Virus record (IMG/VR): IMGVR_UViG_3300021376_000010
Source of the DNA: a virus
Direction: 5' to 3' (one strand)
DNA length: 64,000 nt
In this document: positions 35,801 through 43,658 of the stretch, in pieces
Layout: each line of letters opens with the position of its first letter
Numbering within the stretch: position 1 is the stretch's first letter
The notes under the pieces: generated by a model
Seen by the model: the letters and a program-made list of their open reading frames with translations, nothing else
Database searches by the model: none
What the model was told of the DNA's origin: nothing
Position numbers and translations under genes: made by a program

Positions 35801-37694
35801 TTTTTTTACTATCTTTATTGTCACCTATTGTTGTAACATGATAGATTCCAGTTTTTATGCCAGAATTGTTTTGTGGGAAATAATAAATTTTTTCTCCAGT
35901 GTAAAAATTATGAACAATGTCAGTTTCTAGAGTATCTGTTTTTCCAACACCAGAAGTTGTTGATGTTTTTACAGTTTGATTTTTTGCATAAAGTGGATAA
36001 TTCGATATGCCAGATGCTGCAACATAAAATGATTTATATGAATCATCAATATAAGTATTTTGTACTGCAACTGGAAGGGAATTTACCGATGGTGTGTGAT
36101 TGGTATCACTAGATCCGAGTAAAATTACTTCTTTTAATAATGTCTTTTTAGTTGCATCCAAATTAGATGACAATTCAATTGTATTTTTAGAAATTATATT
36201 TACTATTTCTGCATCAATTTCTAAATCGTTTGATATATCAAGATTTACTAATTTAACTTTTTGTTCAATATAAAGTTTGACATTATCATAAAAGGAAACA
36301 GTATATATTTTTCCACTAGTATCACCAGATTTGATTATAGATTTAATTTTGTGATTTGTAGATACATTGTACAACCAACTATAAAATTCTGGTTTATCAC
36401 TTAGTTCTGCACCAAATGAAGACAAAGATATTTTATCATTTACCAATAGATTAGAAGTATTTTGGAAATTTACTTTTCCTATTACATTAATTAATCTAAA
36501 TTCTATTTTTTGATTATCTTTATCGTAAGTATAAACAAAATTAGTTTCAAAAACTTCATCACCATACTCTAAACCAACAATTAACCCAGTAATCCCTAAG
36601 AATTGAGTATTTGTTTTGTCTGTATATGTAAGTTTAACAGTAGTATTAGCAGTATTTTTTCCTTTTACTAGAATAGTTCCTGATTTTGGGAATCCTGCTG
36701 TAGAATCAACATAAAGTGTACTTGAAAACCCATTGACTTTCCTTGTAATATTTGTTTTTTTAGTGCTGACAAAATTAGAAATAAAAGAAGTACTATCTAA
36801 ATAAATCTCATAAAGATTTTTTTCATCTACAGGTCTAAATTCAATTGAGTAAATTGAAGCACTGGTAGAACCAATGTCTCCATTATCTTGAAATAATGAT
36901 GCTCTATTTGGACCACTAATTAGGAGTGGATCTGATCCACTTACTTTTTCAACAAGAATATTTTTTGTTACAAAGAAATTATCATCAGATGGCCTTAAAA
37001 TATAATCTTGTGGTTTGATTGCACTGATATCAGCATTAAAAAGAATTTTAAAAAGTATCTTATATGAAGTATCTGTTCCTTTTGTTGTATAGAAATCAAT
37101 AGATCTTGATAAAATATTTTTTATCTTTACTTGAGGAATAAAATTTCTATTCTCAAATCCTGGTAAAAATTGTGCTTTGAATTTTGTAAATAATTCTTGA
37201 TAGAATAAAAGGTTTAAATTATTAACTACACTACCATTAGCATGTTCTTCTGACTGAGTTGTAGCGAAATTAAGAGCGTTTGAACTGCTTAAAGTGTTTA
37301 ATTGATCAATTCCAGAAAATCCACGAGAGCATCCAGTAAATGATGTGGCAGTTTTTCCAGTATATGTAATTATTTCATTGTTGATTTTTAACAGACCGTA
37401 TGATTTTGGAAATCCTACAGTATGATTAACTTCAATTGTGTCATCAAAAGTCAAAAGACTTTCAGTTAATTGGCATGGAACAAATAAAGTAAAGAATAAT
37501 TCGTTGTTATATGTTCTTATATCTTTATATCTATCAAGATTTGCTGCAATATCTGTTATCCCTGTTGGATATTCTTGTGAGATATAATATTGATTTAAAA
37601 ATTCTTTGAACAAAGGGGAATCTTCGTTCAAAAAAGAAGGAACTTGTGACTCAATAATATCTTGAATCCTTACTCTATCGTTAATATCTGCCAT
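29844..37694 (-). CDS. gp7: Baseplate wedge initiator gp7-like protein with an internal YHYH-like domain (2616 aa)
   Basis: Follows gp6. IESQVPSFL..FLNQYY, FYTTKGT, HSPIIGWAYDGNPIYGPYG, DNDYYQKFSYSIKS, LVHPAGF. Confidence 0.8.
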   Translation of the reverse strand: MADINDRVRIQDIIESQVPSFLNEDSPLFKEFLNQYYISQEYPTGITDIAANLDRYKDIRTYNNELFFTLFVPCQLTESLLTFDDTIEVNHTVGFPKSYGLLKINNEIITYTGKTATSFTGCSRGFSGIDQLNTLSSSNALNFATTQSEEHANGSVVNNLNLLFYQELFTKFKAQFLPGFENRNFIPQVKIKNILSRSIDFYTTKGTDTSYKILFKILFNADISAIKPQDYILRPSDDNFFVTKNILVEKVSGSDPLLISGPNRASLFQDNGDIGSTSASIYSIEFRPVDEKNLYEIYLDSTSFISNFVSTKKTNITRKVNGFSSTLYVDSTAGFPKSGTILVKGKNTANTTVKLTYTDKTNTQFLGITGLIVGLEYGDEVFETNFVYTYDKDNQKIEFRLINVIGKVNFQNTSNLLVNDKISLSSFGAELSDKPEFYSWLYNVSTNHKIKSIIKSGDTSGKIYTVSFYDNVKLYIEQKVKLVNLDISNDLEIDAEIVNIISKNTIELSSNLDATKKTLLKEVILLGSSDTNHTPSVNSLPVAVQNTYIDDSYKSFYVAASGISNYPLYAKNQTVKTSTTSGVGKTDTLETDIVHNFYTGEKIYYFPQNNSGIKTGIYHVTTIGDNKDSKKIKLSLSKSDLYSSVYVNFDRNIVSDSFVKLDYENKVVENQKLFKKFNYVKGDSTLKQVADRTTNNRQVGILINGVEIYSPTLFDENIYYGKLDGITVTNPGKGYDIINPPEIEITDVSGRNAKGYANIVGGLSEVKIVTPGVGYQIKPKITLIGGNGSGAVVEPNLVKSKINAGFKGDGSGVNPTTNTITFSQNHNFDDGEEISYNANFNAEIFPLKTNSNYYAGVISPTQIRLYERLEDAYKKSNEVNLVGISSGFHSFITLKSKNTITEIRVKNSGTGYSNRIIKIPSILAFDEKTNGVNTFDHYVFAKNHGLKDKDILRYSTTGTSVSGLSTSSEYVVTVVDNNKFKLSTIGIGTQFYDINYENKRYIRFNSLGTGTHTFSYPPIRLVVETLSGIGATSVIEPQFEPIVLGSIESIFLENSGVGYGVSNIVNFHRRPDIRVKPIVSEALLKPIVLNGTIVDIQFLSYGSGYDKGIDIIVNGKGSFADIRPVIENGRLVAVNIANGGIGYDKDTTSITIKRRGSDAKFIGDVFEWKINQVEKNKKLLEIQDQAFIVPSKNKDLGLQVVNFYPPRLLRKSIKDHLDSSNRETLNNVHSPIIGWAYDGNPIYGPYGQVGSEIRKIRSSYTKKVEPDKNIRPNLPDGFFIQDFYYDRAIGDLDEHNGRFCKTPDYPDGIYAYFATIDNSAISIPEFPYMIGNYFRDYVIPENYASIFNQDIDLESLNLIRNIGPYYINSGNSNYDLISNTDKKYKQEFTITKTLSSSIDGVQIYSDGTGYKVGDNIVFDNSNTSGSGASAVVSRIKGKPIKSIVVGVKTSLDVSFHTYGNNVIGFTQEPHQLITGDKITITAISNSNYSYFEGIKDVFVSQKTVGISTNIPVLVVSGETTSIVVNDVSGFEVDDFISIGSEILKVTNISAEKSELIVNRLQNTGVHTVGIDSVKLLPRKFTFSVADQKYPIKKNDVVYFNPKTFVGFGSTGKNYTLSDQRNLNVPDRSIYIKNHNFYTGQLVKYNVGFAGTGMIVSNTITQADAFTLQDNQNIYIVNKGQDYIGLSTVGYTTSTGIGSSLNSLYFFDDISVTGLAHSLSTTYEKVVGKVENFSLNVETTETHGLGNSDEITFNLLPRLVDTFKLRYDTNIRKITTEIKSFNTSVAISTETSEIYLPKNNYVTGDKIVYYNDGNTTIGGLQHNETYYIIKQKPDYIKLSNYYDSSKSGVNIPLTSKGSGVQSIALVNPPLTSTKGNIIEFDLSDSSLSGMDLKLYKDGNILIEVESYKYTRNAIDAGVSGAKLRIDTTDKSITNTLFYNLIPLSPSVLEKYQISIDKEVIGYNKISLNPSIYNQSYSVVSTGSTSFKFILNQKPEYFEYNANSGITTIFYDTDSKNTSGPISNIKLNFGGKGYKKVPRISSITSVSGKDAILKAFSNSIGKIDYIERVKDGFDYPTDPTLKPVLSVPTVCQIKNISRVDYIGITTGGKGYNTAPVLKVVGNDNIKSKANIQGGTVTSVDILENVTNMSAPLSVIPTRNSNGYDIDDIVYNPSTNQVTLELVNSDNQIYPLIANQYGNQEVVFPFKVGDKIFVENCRITDGNQKNNYNSANHSYKFFTITGISTTNFTITYSMNGISNNLGEYTTDNNYGYVINENVMAKFEMKLIDDLGYYSGENVVGYDSNGLAVFSAVVMESGWDNDINQLRLIDSKGELEVGNRLLGTRSLLNGIVENVNQFNLISSLNVTRDKINDFTDKIGYLNDYQQRISDNDYYQKFSYSIKSQIPYTDWKEPIRSLVHPAGFKEFSDLDIIGKASNNMKVGVGDSSLNVLINVDSVESMYNRYNFSMVTEDELLPDGSIERVFFPTGVSLKSYILNKTNKVVPIDNISGQFTGFTTTTGGQIVGLTTFKLKNRGTPLFYREFQGNDSSVIDLSNNKFKLRNNNFQSGQKLFYSVVKADGTANVRVNTVVDAGFSYPGISSYFDSPIVSFDSSIIKMSSN

Positions 37695-37695
37695 T

Positions 37696-39582
37696 TTATC
37701 TAGTATATGCTCCGTTTGAATAACTTGAAGTTACAATATGTTCAGTTGCAGAAGTATTTTCTCCTGAACTAATTCTATCTTCAATCATATTAACTACAAG
37801 ATTATCAATGCTTAATTCTAAGTATATATCTTGCAATGCAATCACATCATTTGACTCTGGTATTGCTTGGACTTCAATACCATTTGGTTTCAAAGAACTA
37901 GTAATATTGACTGTATCTAAGTATACTTCACCTTTCTTATAATAAACAATACCTGCATTATTTTTAACAATAAATGGAAGATTGTCTTTCAATGTAAAGT
38001 AAAAAATGGTTCCACTTGTTTCATCAATTGGAACATCACTCATGTATACAGTTCCATCCACATCTTTAATTGTGAAACCAGAAGATTTTATATTATAACC
38101 TCTATTGTCTAAAGGATTATTTTTCTTAATATGAAAAGAATTACCAAAACAAAGTTCATAAGTAGCAAAGTTATTAAATGCTGGTTGCAAATCTCTTCTC
38201 ATTCTAACTTTTGTGATGTTAGATGTTATTGAAGAACTTATATCATCAATCAATGCATTTACTTTACTGTATTTAAATCTTCCACCAAAATTATTTAAGT
38301 CATACGATTTACCATAAGCAGTAAGAGTTTCAATAATTTTATTTCTAAGTACTGATGTATCTGCAACTGAACTCTTGTCATAATATACACTTGTATTGAG
38401 TTCTACATACAAATATTTCAAATCAACTAATTCTGGTTTTATTCCTGCAATCGAATATTGTTTTAACTGTTTCTTAATCTCTTCTTTTGATATTCTTGAT
38501 AAAAATTTTCCTTGTCTTGGTTTTACTGATATAAAAACTTTTCCATATTGTGGTGGATCTAATTCATCACCACCATAAGCAGTTACAGATTCAACATTAG
38601 GGAATATAAAAGGAATTAATCCTTTGTAATCATTTGCAGTAACTGCTCTATACTGAGATGAATAAACTCTTGGTGCAAGATATTTAATAGAGTCAATTTT
38701 TTCAATGTCGTCACCGTTCTCAGATGGTAACGTTGTAGTAAGTGGTGATATTCCCGATGTGATTCTATTTTGGTTATTATCTTCTAAAATTCCAGAGAAG
38801 TTGAAGTTAGCACATCCATTTCCTGCTTTTCCATTTGTAAGAATATAACTTACAAAAATAGAACTTCCAGATGCTGGTCTTTTACCAAATACATTGTCAC
38901 CAAACAATAATTCATATTTTTCATCTTCAACTTCTTGAACTAAAAATATTTTAGAATTAGCATCAACGTTTAAGATATTTGAGTATTGATTATATTCTTC
39001 ATTTGCTAAGTCAGTTACAAACACACGAATACTTGTAGTATCAACAGATGGATTTGGAATAACAAATTTTTGATCTGGTTGTGAACTATCTACGATAAAA
39101 CTCTTTGTTAAAAATGTTCCTTCACATAATTCAATATCTGTAAAGTATGCATACCCTGCTGCATCTACTGTTACAGTAATATCTTCTGGTATTGAAAACA
39201 CATAATTTCCACTTTCAATCGCACCTAAACCAATTGCTCCTGCTTTGAGTGTAACTGATTTTACATCTAAAAATCCAGAGGTATTTACAGAAAAACTAAC
39301 TCTTGCTTTTGATGCTCTTCTTGACCTTGGAACATATCCAATATTACGTGCCAAAGAAACAACATTCTCTCGTAAAGTCGCACTATCAAGAAACGACTCA
39401 TTCACCGTCATATTCGTATTGAATGACGTAATGTAAGAATTATATGCTAAGATATCAATCAATACAGAAAAGTTAGAACCCTCAAAGTCAAAATCTGTAA
39501 AATTACTATTTGCTCTTAGATAATCTTTGATTTGTGTTCTTAGATCCTGAAAATCTAAGTTTGTAAATTGATTGAATGACAT
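37696..39582 (-). CDS. gp6: Baseplate wedge subunit gp6
   Basis: LDFQDLRTQIK, FTDFDFEGS, ESFLDSATLRENVVSLARNIGY, RAVTANDY. Confidence 0.95.
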   Translation of the reverse strand: MSFNQFTNLDFQDLRTQIKDYLRANSNFTDFDFEGSNFSVLIDILAYNSYITSFNTNMTVNESFLDSATLRENVVSLARNIGYVPRSRRASKARVSFSVNTSGFLDVKSVTLKAGAIGLGAIESGNYVFSIPEDITVTVDAAGYAYFTDIELCEGTFLTKSFIVDSSQPDQKFVIPNPSVDTTSIRVFVTDLANEEYNQYSNILNVDANSKIFLVQEVEDEKYELLFGDNVFGKRPASGSSIFVSYILTNGKAGNGCANFNFSGILEDNNQNRITSGISPLTTTLPSENGDDIEKIDSIKYLAPRVYSSQYRAVTANDYKGLIPFIFPNVESVTAYGGDELDPPQYGKVFISVKPRQGKFLSRISKEEIKKQLKQYSIAGIKPELVDLKYLYVELNTSVYYDKSSVADTSVLRNKIIETLTAYGKSYDLNNFGGRFKYSKVNALIDDISSSITSNITKVRMRRDLQPAFNNFATYELCFGNSFHIKKNNPLDNRGYNIKSSGFTIKDVDGTVYMSDVPIDETSGTIFYFTLKDNLPFIVKNNAGIVYYKKGEVYLDTVNITSSLKPNGIEVQAIPESNDVIALQDIYLELSIDNLVVNMIEDRISSGENTSATEHIVTSSYSNGAYTR

Positions 39583-39983
39583 TATATTCTAGTTGGTAGT
39601 AAAAGAAACTCTATGTTTTGCTTGGGAAATCCTAGACCAACAATATCATATTCAACTTCAACATTTATTTGATTATCATCTGGTAGAGGTATTACTTTGA
39701 TATCTCTTAATACAATTCTTGGTTCAAAGTTTTTTAACACACTCATGACTTCTTCTCTCATGATGATTCCGATTTCTTCGTCAACCATCTCGAATAAATT
39801 TCTTGTTACGGAAGTTCCGAGTAAAGGGTTAAAATACCTCTCACCAAGAATTGTTCTAACCAAGTTTGTAACAGATTTCTTGATAGCATCCTCGTTTTTG
39901 ATGACTAAAATATCATTAGTTACAGGATGCTTAGCAAAAGATAAACTAATATCTTTAAATGCTCTAGAAATCCTTGTGGCCAT
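39582..39983 (-). CDS. gp25: Baseplate wedge subunit gp25
   Basis: FKDISLSF..HPVTND, AIKKSVTNLVRTILGER, FEPRI. Confidence 0.92.
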   Translation of the reverse strand: MATRISRAFKDISLSFAKHPVTNDILVIKNEDAIKKSVTNLVRTILGERYFNPLLGTSVTRNLFEMVDEEIGIIMREEVMSVLKNFEPRIVLRDIKVIPLPDDNQINVEVEYDIVGLGFPKQNIEFLLLPTRI

Positions 39984-40020
39984 TAAGATTAAAAGTGTAT
40001 TTAATATATCTATAACACTT

Positions 40021-40263
40021 TTAGATCACTTTTTTGCCATATGAAGGTTCTGTTCCATATTCCCAATCATCATAATCTTCATCATTTCTAATCTTTTCAT
40101 GCAATTCAGTTTGCTTCTTTAAATCATGCTTCATCATATCATCATGCATGATTTCTGAAATGACTCTTGGTTGCACTGATTCTTTGTAATCTGTAATCAA
40201 ATGTGTAGTGCCCCACATTTGATACATGTAGTTTTTGTCTCTATCAACTGGTAGGTTGGACAT
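40021..40263 (-). CDS. Hypothetical protein (80 aa)
   Basis: ORF with AGGAG RBS; MWGT..LITDY. Confidence 0.7.
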   Translation of the reverse strand: MSNLPVDRDKNYMYQMWGTTHLITDYKESVQPRVISEIMHDDMMKHDLKKQTELHEKIRNDEDYDDWEYGTEPSYGKKVI

Positions 40264-40332
40264 TTTAGCTCCTGTTTTTTAGTAAAAACAGAACTTTTTT
40301 TTGTAGGAGGTTGCTATCTCCCCTAACCCTAT

Positions 40333-40674
40333 TTAACGTAGCACATGCCTTAAAGTATAATTTTCTGAATTTAAATATTTCAACATCTCTAATGCGATTA
40401 ATTTTGGATTTCCTGGTCCACAAGTATAAACATCAACGGCAATACAACCTTCTTCTGGCCAAGTATGGCATGAAACATGACTTTCTGACAGTGCCATTAC
40501 GATTGTAACACCTTGAGGTACAAAACAATGCTGATAAATGTTAAGAATTGTCATTTCAGCACGTTTGACTCCACTTTCCATTGCCCCTTGAATGGAAATT
40601 CCATCGTTAAGTAAGTCAAACTTAACGTCATAGACCTCCAACAGGAGGTGATTTCCCATCGAAAATTTCTCCAA
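40333..40674 (-). CDS. speD: S-adenosylmethionine decarboxylase proenzyme (auxiliary metabolic gene)
   Basis: F.PQGVT..LSESHVSCHTWPE..AVDVYTCG signature. Alternative ATG start at 40659. Confidence 0.93.
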   Translation of the reverse strand: MEKFSMGNHLLLEVYDVKFDLLNDGISIQGAMESGVKRAEMTILNIYQHCFVPQGVTIVMALSESHVSCHTWPEEGCIAVDVYTCGPGNPKLIALEMLKYLNSENYTLRHVLR

Positions 40675-40705
40675 CTCGCATAAATCTCCAAAAATGGCAC
40701 AAATA

Positions 40706-41188
40706 CTATTTATTTCTAATATTTTGGACTACTTCGTAGTCATAGTCAAGGATTTTTTGCAAATATTCATCATCCCAAGCATCATAATAAGACGTTGTGG
40801 CAAGTTTTTTTCTTAATTTTGTCAAAAATTCCTTATCTTGATACAAAATTAAATTATATTTTTGATTATTTGTCTGTTTTTCACCAAGAAATGTTGGTTG
40901 AGATGCACAATCTTCAAAAAAAGTATATTTTGGATATTTTTTTGAGAGATTTTTACATTTTTCTTTAATAGAATCTAATTCTAGGTCGTCTTCAACAATA
41001 AAAATAACGACACCATACTCTTCAGAAAGAAGTTTGATGTCGTTAATTGGTGATTCTACAATTTTATAAGATTTTTGTCCGTAAATTTTAGCAAATGGAC
41101 ATAAAGAGAACCCGTTTAAGTCTGGATGATGAACTGAAACTCTTTCAATCCAGTCTAAAACGTGACTTTCTTTATTTTCCTTGTCCAC
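40706..41188 (-). CDS. Hypothetical protein, DUF1415-like N-terminus (probable GTG start)
   Basis: WIERV..LNGFSLCPFA motif. Confidence 0.55.
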   Translation of the reverse strand: MDKENKESHVLDWIERVSVHHPDLNGFSLCPFAKIYGQKSYKIVESPINDIKLLSEEYGVVIFIVEDDLELDSIKEKCKNLSKKYPKYTFFEDCASQPTFLGEKQTNNQKYNLILYQDKEFLTKLRKKLATTSYYDAWDDEYLQKILDYDYEVVQNIRNK

Positions 41189-41315
41189 GATACTTTTTCC
41201 TTGCCTTATTACGACTCGTTGCACTATATTTAGTATTACGTCCTGCACCCTGAAGAGTTAGTTTTGGTTTGCTTTCAACTTTAACTCCACCTTTCGCACT
41301 TTTCTTCACTGCCAT
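41172..41315 (-). CDS. Small basic protein (47 aa)
   Basis: MAVKKSAKGG..SRNKARKKYRGQGK with AGGAG RBS; below the ORF-track cutoff. Confidence 0.75.
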   Translation of the reverse strand: MAVKKSAKGGVKVESKPKLTLQGAGRNTKYSATSRNKARKKYRGQGK

Positions 41316-41466
41316 TGTAAAAATCTCCTAGTTGGTTTTCGTTTACGGTTTTTTAACGGGTTTTTTAAGAATTAAAAATGCCCTTAAAGGACTCCTAAAA
41401 ATCTTTCAAGGGCATTCTATCAAAAGTTTCTTAGAACGTCAAGAAGACACTCTCAGAAGGGGTACA

Positions 41467-42219
41467 TCAGATGATTCGAGTCTTCTCGTGACCAACACGA
41501 ATCTTTGGATCACACCAAATCTCAAATCCTGCTTCCTTCGCATCAAGACAGAAGGAAACATCCTCTCCACACATATCTTGAACTTCTCCAGATTCAAATT
41601 GTTGCATCTTAGGTGCAAACCAAGGATACTCAAGAGATTCAAAGACACCTTTCTTAATTAATACCCAACCAAATCCAGTATAATCAACTGTAAATGGTTT
41701 ACGACGATTCTGCATCGTCTCTCCAGTTTCATGATTCATCACTCCACCGTTAGTACGGAAGTCTTCTTCCTCTAACCAGTGTGCAACAGACGTGGTGTGA
41801 CCATCTTCAGTCATGTACCAACCTGCAGCAATATCTTTGTCCATTGCTACAAGACGATAGAACTTCTCAGTGTCAAACACAATGTCGTTATCAATCCAGA
41901 GTTGATAATCATATTCAAGTTTACCATCCCAAGGTTTCTGTCTGGGTCCTCTGAGAACATTTGCTCCAAGACACTTGCAACGTGCAAAGTTTACCATGGA
42001 ACTATAGTCCTGTGAAATCTGAATACTTGCTCCTGCCTGTACCAAATCAAAACACAATTGAACAAATGCTTTCAGAAAAATATATGAACAACCTCTACCT
42101 GGTAAACAAAAAACAATGGACTTTCCTTTTACCATTGCTCTTGCTTCTTCTAAATTAAATTCGTCAACAACTTTCTTAGTCGTCGGTGCGTTTGCTTTAA
42201 TCGTAAATCCTTTTGCCAT
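41467..42219 (-). CDS. Glycosyltransferase family 2-like protein (250 aa)
   Basis: LWIDNDI DxD motif, VDYTGFGWVLI, GEDVSFC, VGHEK. Confidence 0.8.
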   Translation of the reverse strand: MAKGFTIKANAPTTKKVVDEFNLEEARAMVKGKSIVFCLPGRGCSYIFLKAFVQLCFDLVQAGASIQISQDYSSMVNFARCKCLGANVLRGPRQKPWDGKLEYDYQLWIDNDIVFDTEKFYRLVAMDKDIAAGWYMTEDGHTTSVAHWLEEEDFRTNGGVMNHETGETMQNRRKPFTVDYTGFGWVLIKKGVFESLEYPWFAPKMQQFESGEVQDMCGEDVSFCLDAKEAGFEIWCDPKIRVGHEKTRII

Positions 42220-42242
42220 AAAAAAATAATTTCGACGTTAAC

Positions 42243-42271
42243 ATTATACCACTACAAATCAATCATTGCAA
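42243..42271 (-). promoter_or_regulatory. Sigma70-like promoter
   Basis: TTGCAA-17 bp-TATAAT with extended TG, upstream of the glycosyltransferase gene. Confidence 0.7.
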
Positions 42272-42430
42272 TGGGTCTTCCCTATTATTTAGAATCACTT
42301 TGATATCCTCATTATTTCCACCAGAAGTCCACACAAGTCCTCTGACCTGATTTAAAGTCACCTCTAAATCTTCTGGATTTACCTTTTCTACAATTGTAAC
42401 ACCATTTACTTCAATATTATACGTATTCAT
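42263..42430 (-). CDS. Hypothetical protein (55 aa)
   Basis: Manually translated MNTYNIEVNG..EDPLQ. Confidence 0.6.
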   Translation of the reverse strand: MNTYNIEVNGVTIVEKVNPEDLEVTLNQVRGLVWTSGGNNEDIKVILNNREDPLQ

Positions 42431-42569
42431 CAGAATCTTCTACCTTGAAGAGTAATTCTTCTAATTCTTCCCTGAGAATCTCATTTGAATTTGCTGTCTT
42501 GTCCGTTTCGAGTCGGAATTGTATGCATTCAATCAACAACTCTCTCTCATAGTCTGTAACTTCTAACAT
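42417..42569 (-). CDS. Hypothetical acidic protein (50 aa)
   Basis: Manually translated MLEVTDYERE..DEYV; AGGA RBS. Confidence 0.6.
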   Translation of the reverse strand: MLEVTDYERELLIECIQFRLETDKTANSNEILREELEELLFKVEDSDEYV

Positions 42570-42595
42570 ATCCTGTCATATTATTCTTTTTCCAT

Positions 42596-42772
42596 TTATA
42601 TATCAACCTTTTGAGATTTTTTTGCTGCCCGAAAATTTTTTCTAAGATTTTTCACCATAATTCTCATAAGTTCTCCGAGGGTCACTCCGATATACTCAAA
42701 CTCTTCCTTATGGGTGGTTTTCGTACTTAGAGAATTTTTTTTTCTCAAAGACAAATTCAATGGCACAATCAT
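42596..42772 (-). CDS. Hypothetical basic protein (58 aa)
   Basis: Manually translated MIVPLNL..KVDI; weak RBS. Confidence 0.35.
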   Translation of the reverse strand: MIVPLNLSLRKKNSLSTKTTHKEEFEYIGVTLGELMRIMVKNLRKNFRAAKKSQKVDI

Positions 42773-43145
42773 ACTTTTATAGATTAGGGTAGTTATGCGT
42801 TTTTATTTTTAGGGGGGCATCGGTTCTTAATACTTTATACCATCAATCGCAATATACTGTCTATAAGAATTAAACAACACTGTTTAATTATAATAAACGA
42901 ACAATAACGAATAATAATAAAACTATACTGGATATAAAGAATAATAAACTATTACGGGGGTATAAGTATACCGAATCGGGCAGATATAACGAATTAAGTA
43001 ACACTGAGGAATTAGAATAATAAACTATACCCCAGGTATCATAATACTCGAAGACGGCACAGTTGTCAACAGATAAGGACAAAACATAAGGCACTATACA
43101 ACACTGTGTGATTGTTATAAGAAACTGTATCCCAGGTATGATACC

Positions 43146-43209
43146 TGTGGAAAACTCTTATACTTTTTCCACAGGGTTGTGGAAAAAGTATTGTGGAAAC
43201 TGTGGAAAA
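43146..43209. promoter_or_regulatory. Cluster of five cyanobacterial-type DnaA boxes (TTTTCCACA)
   Basis: Perfect boxes at 43146-43154(-), 43165-43173(+), 43178-43186(-) and 43201-43209(-); one-mismatch box at 43192-43200(-). Confidence 0.75.
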
Positions 43210-43283
43210 CTTTATATCAACCCCTGTGCAATTCTTATAAGCATTAGGTGTTTATAACGAATTCCCTCTCCTCCCGCCCTATA

Positions 43284-43341
43284 AATCTAGCACGAACTGC
43301 ATAAGACTCATAAGACGAATGGACAGTTCTCAGAGTGTCCT
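43284..43341 (-). promoter_or_regulatory. Early promoter cassette pointing at the DnaA boxes
   Basis: Palindrome TGGACAG-N8-GTGTCCT at 43320-43341, 30 bp, then TGcTAGATT. Confidence 0.6.
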
Positions 43342-43498
43342 TGGACGAATGAAACGCATAAGTCTTTTGAGTCTCATGGACGAACAAATAAAAATCCTCC
43401 GAGTCTCATAAGACGTATGAGTTCTCAGAGTCTTATTAAGTATTATAATACACGAAACCCCTTGACATAACTGTAAAGTTGTGCTGGGGAATTATCGT

Positions 43499-43556
43499 GT
43501 GCCAGTTTTTGGAGTGTCTTATAGTGCTTGACTTTTCTGAGGTTTTATGATACAAT
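43499..43556 (+). promoter_or_regulatory. Early promoter cassette on the plus strand with no downstream ORF
   Basis: Palindrome variant at 43499-43520, 7 bp, TTGACT-17-TACAAT with extended TG; same geometry as the 52514-52571 promoter. Confidence 0.7.
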
Positions 43557-43650
43557 GCACGCTTAGACGGCAATAACTAGAAGGATTTAGAGAGTATAAG
43601 AACAGGGATTAGAGACCGATTAGAGAGGCATACAATAAGGAGAGAAAGGG

Positions 43651-43658
43651 TATTTATA
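43651..43658 (-). promoter_or_regulatory. T4-type late promoter consensus TATAAATA inside the non-coding region
   Basis: Exact match; could be chance in AT-rich DNA. Confidence 0.4.

Noticed and set aside
42888-43094. 68-aa minus-strand ORF in the non-coding gap
   Set aside because: Low-complexity L/S/Y/V product explained by strand-biased composition; no clear RBS
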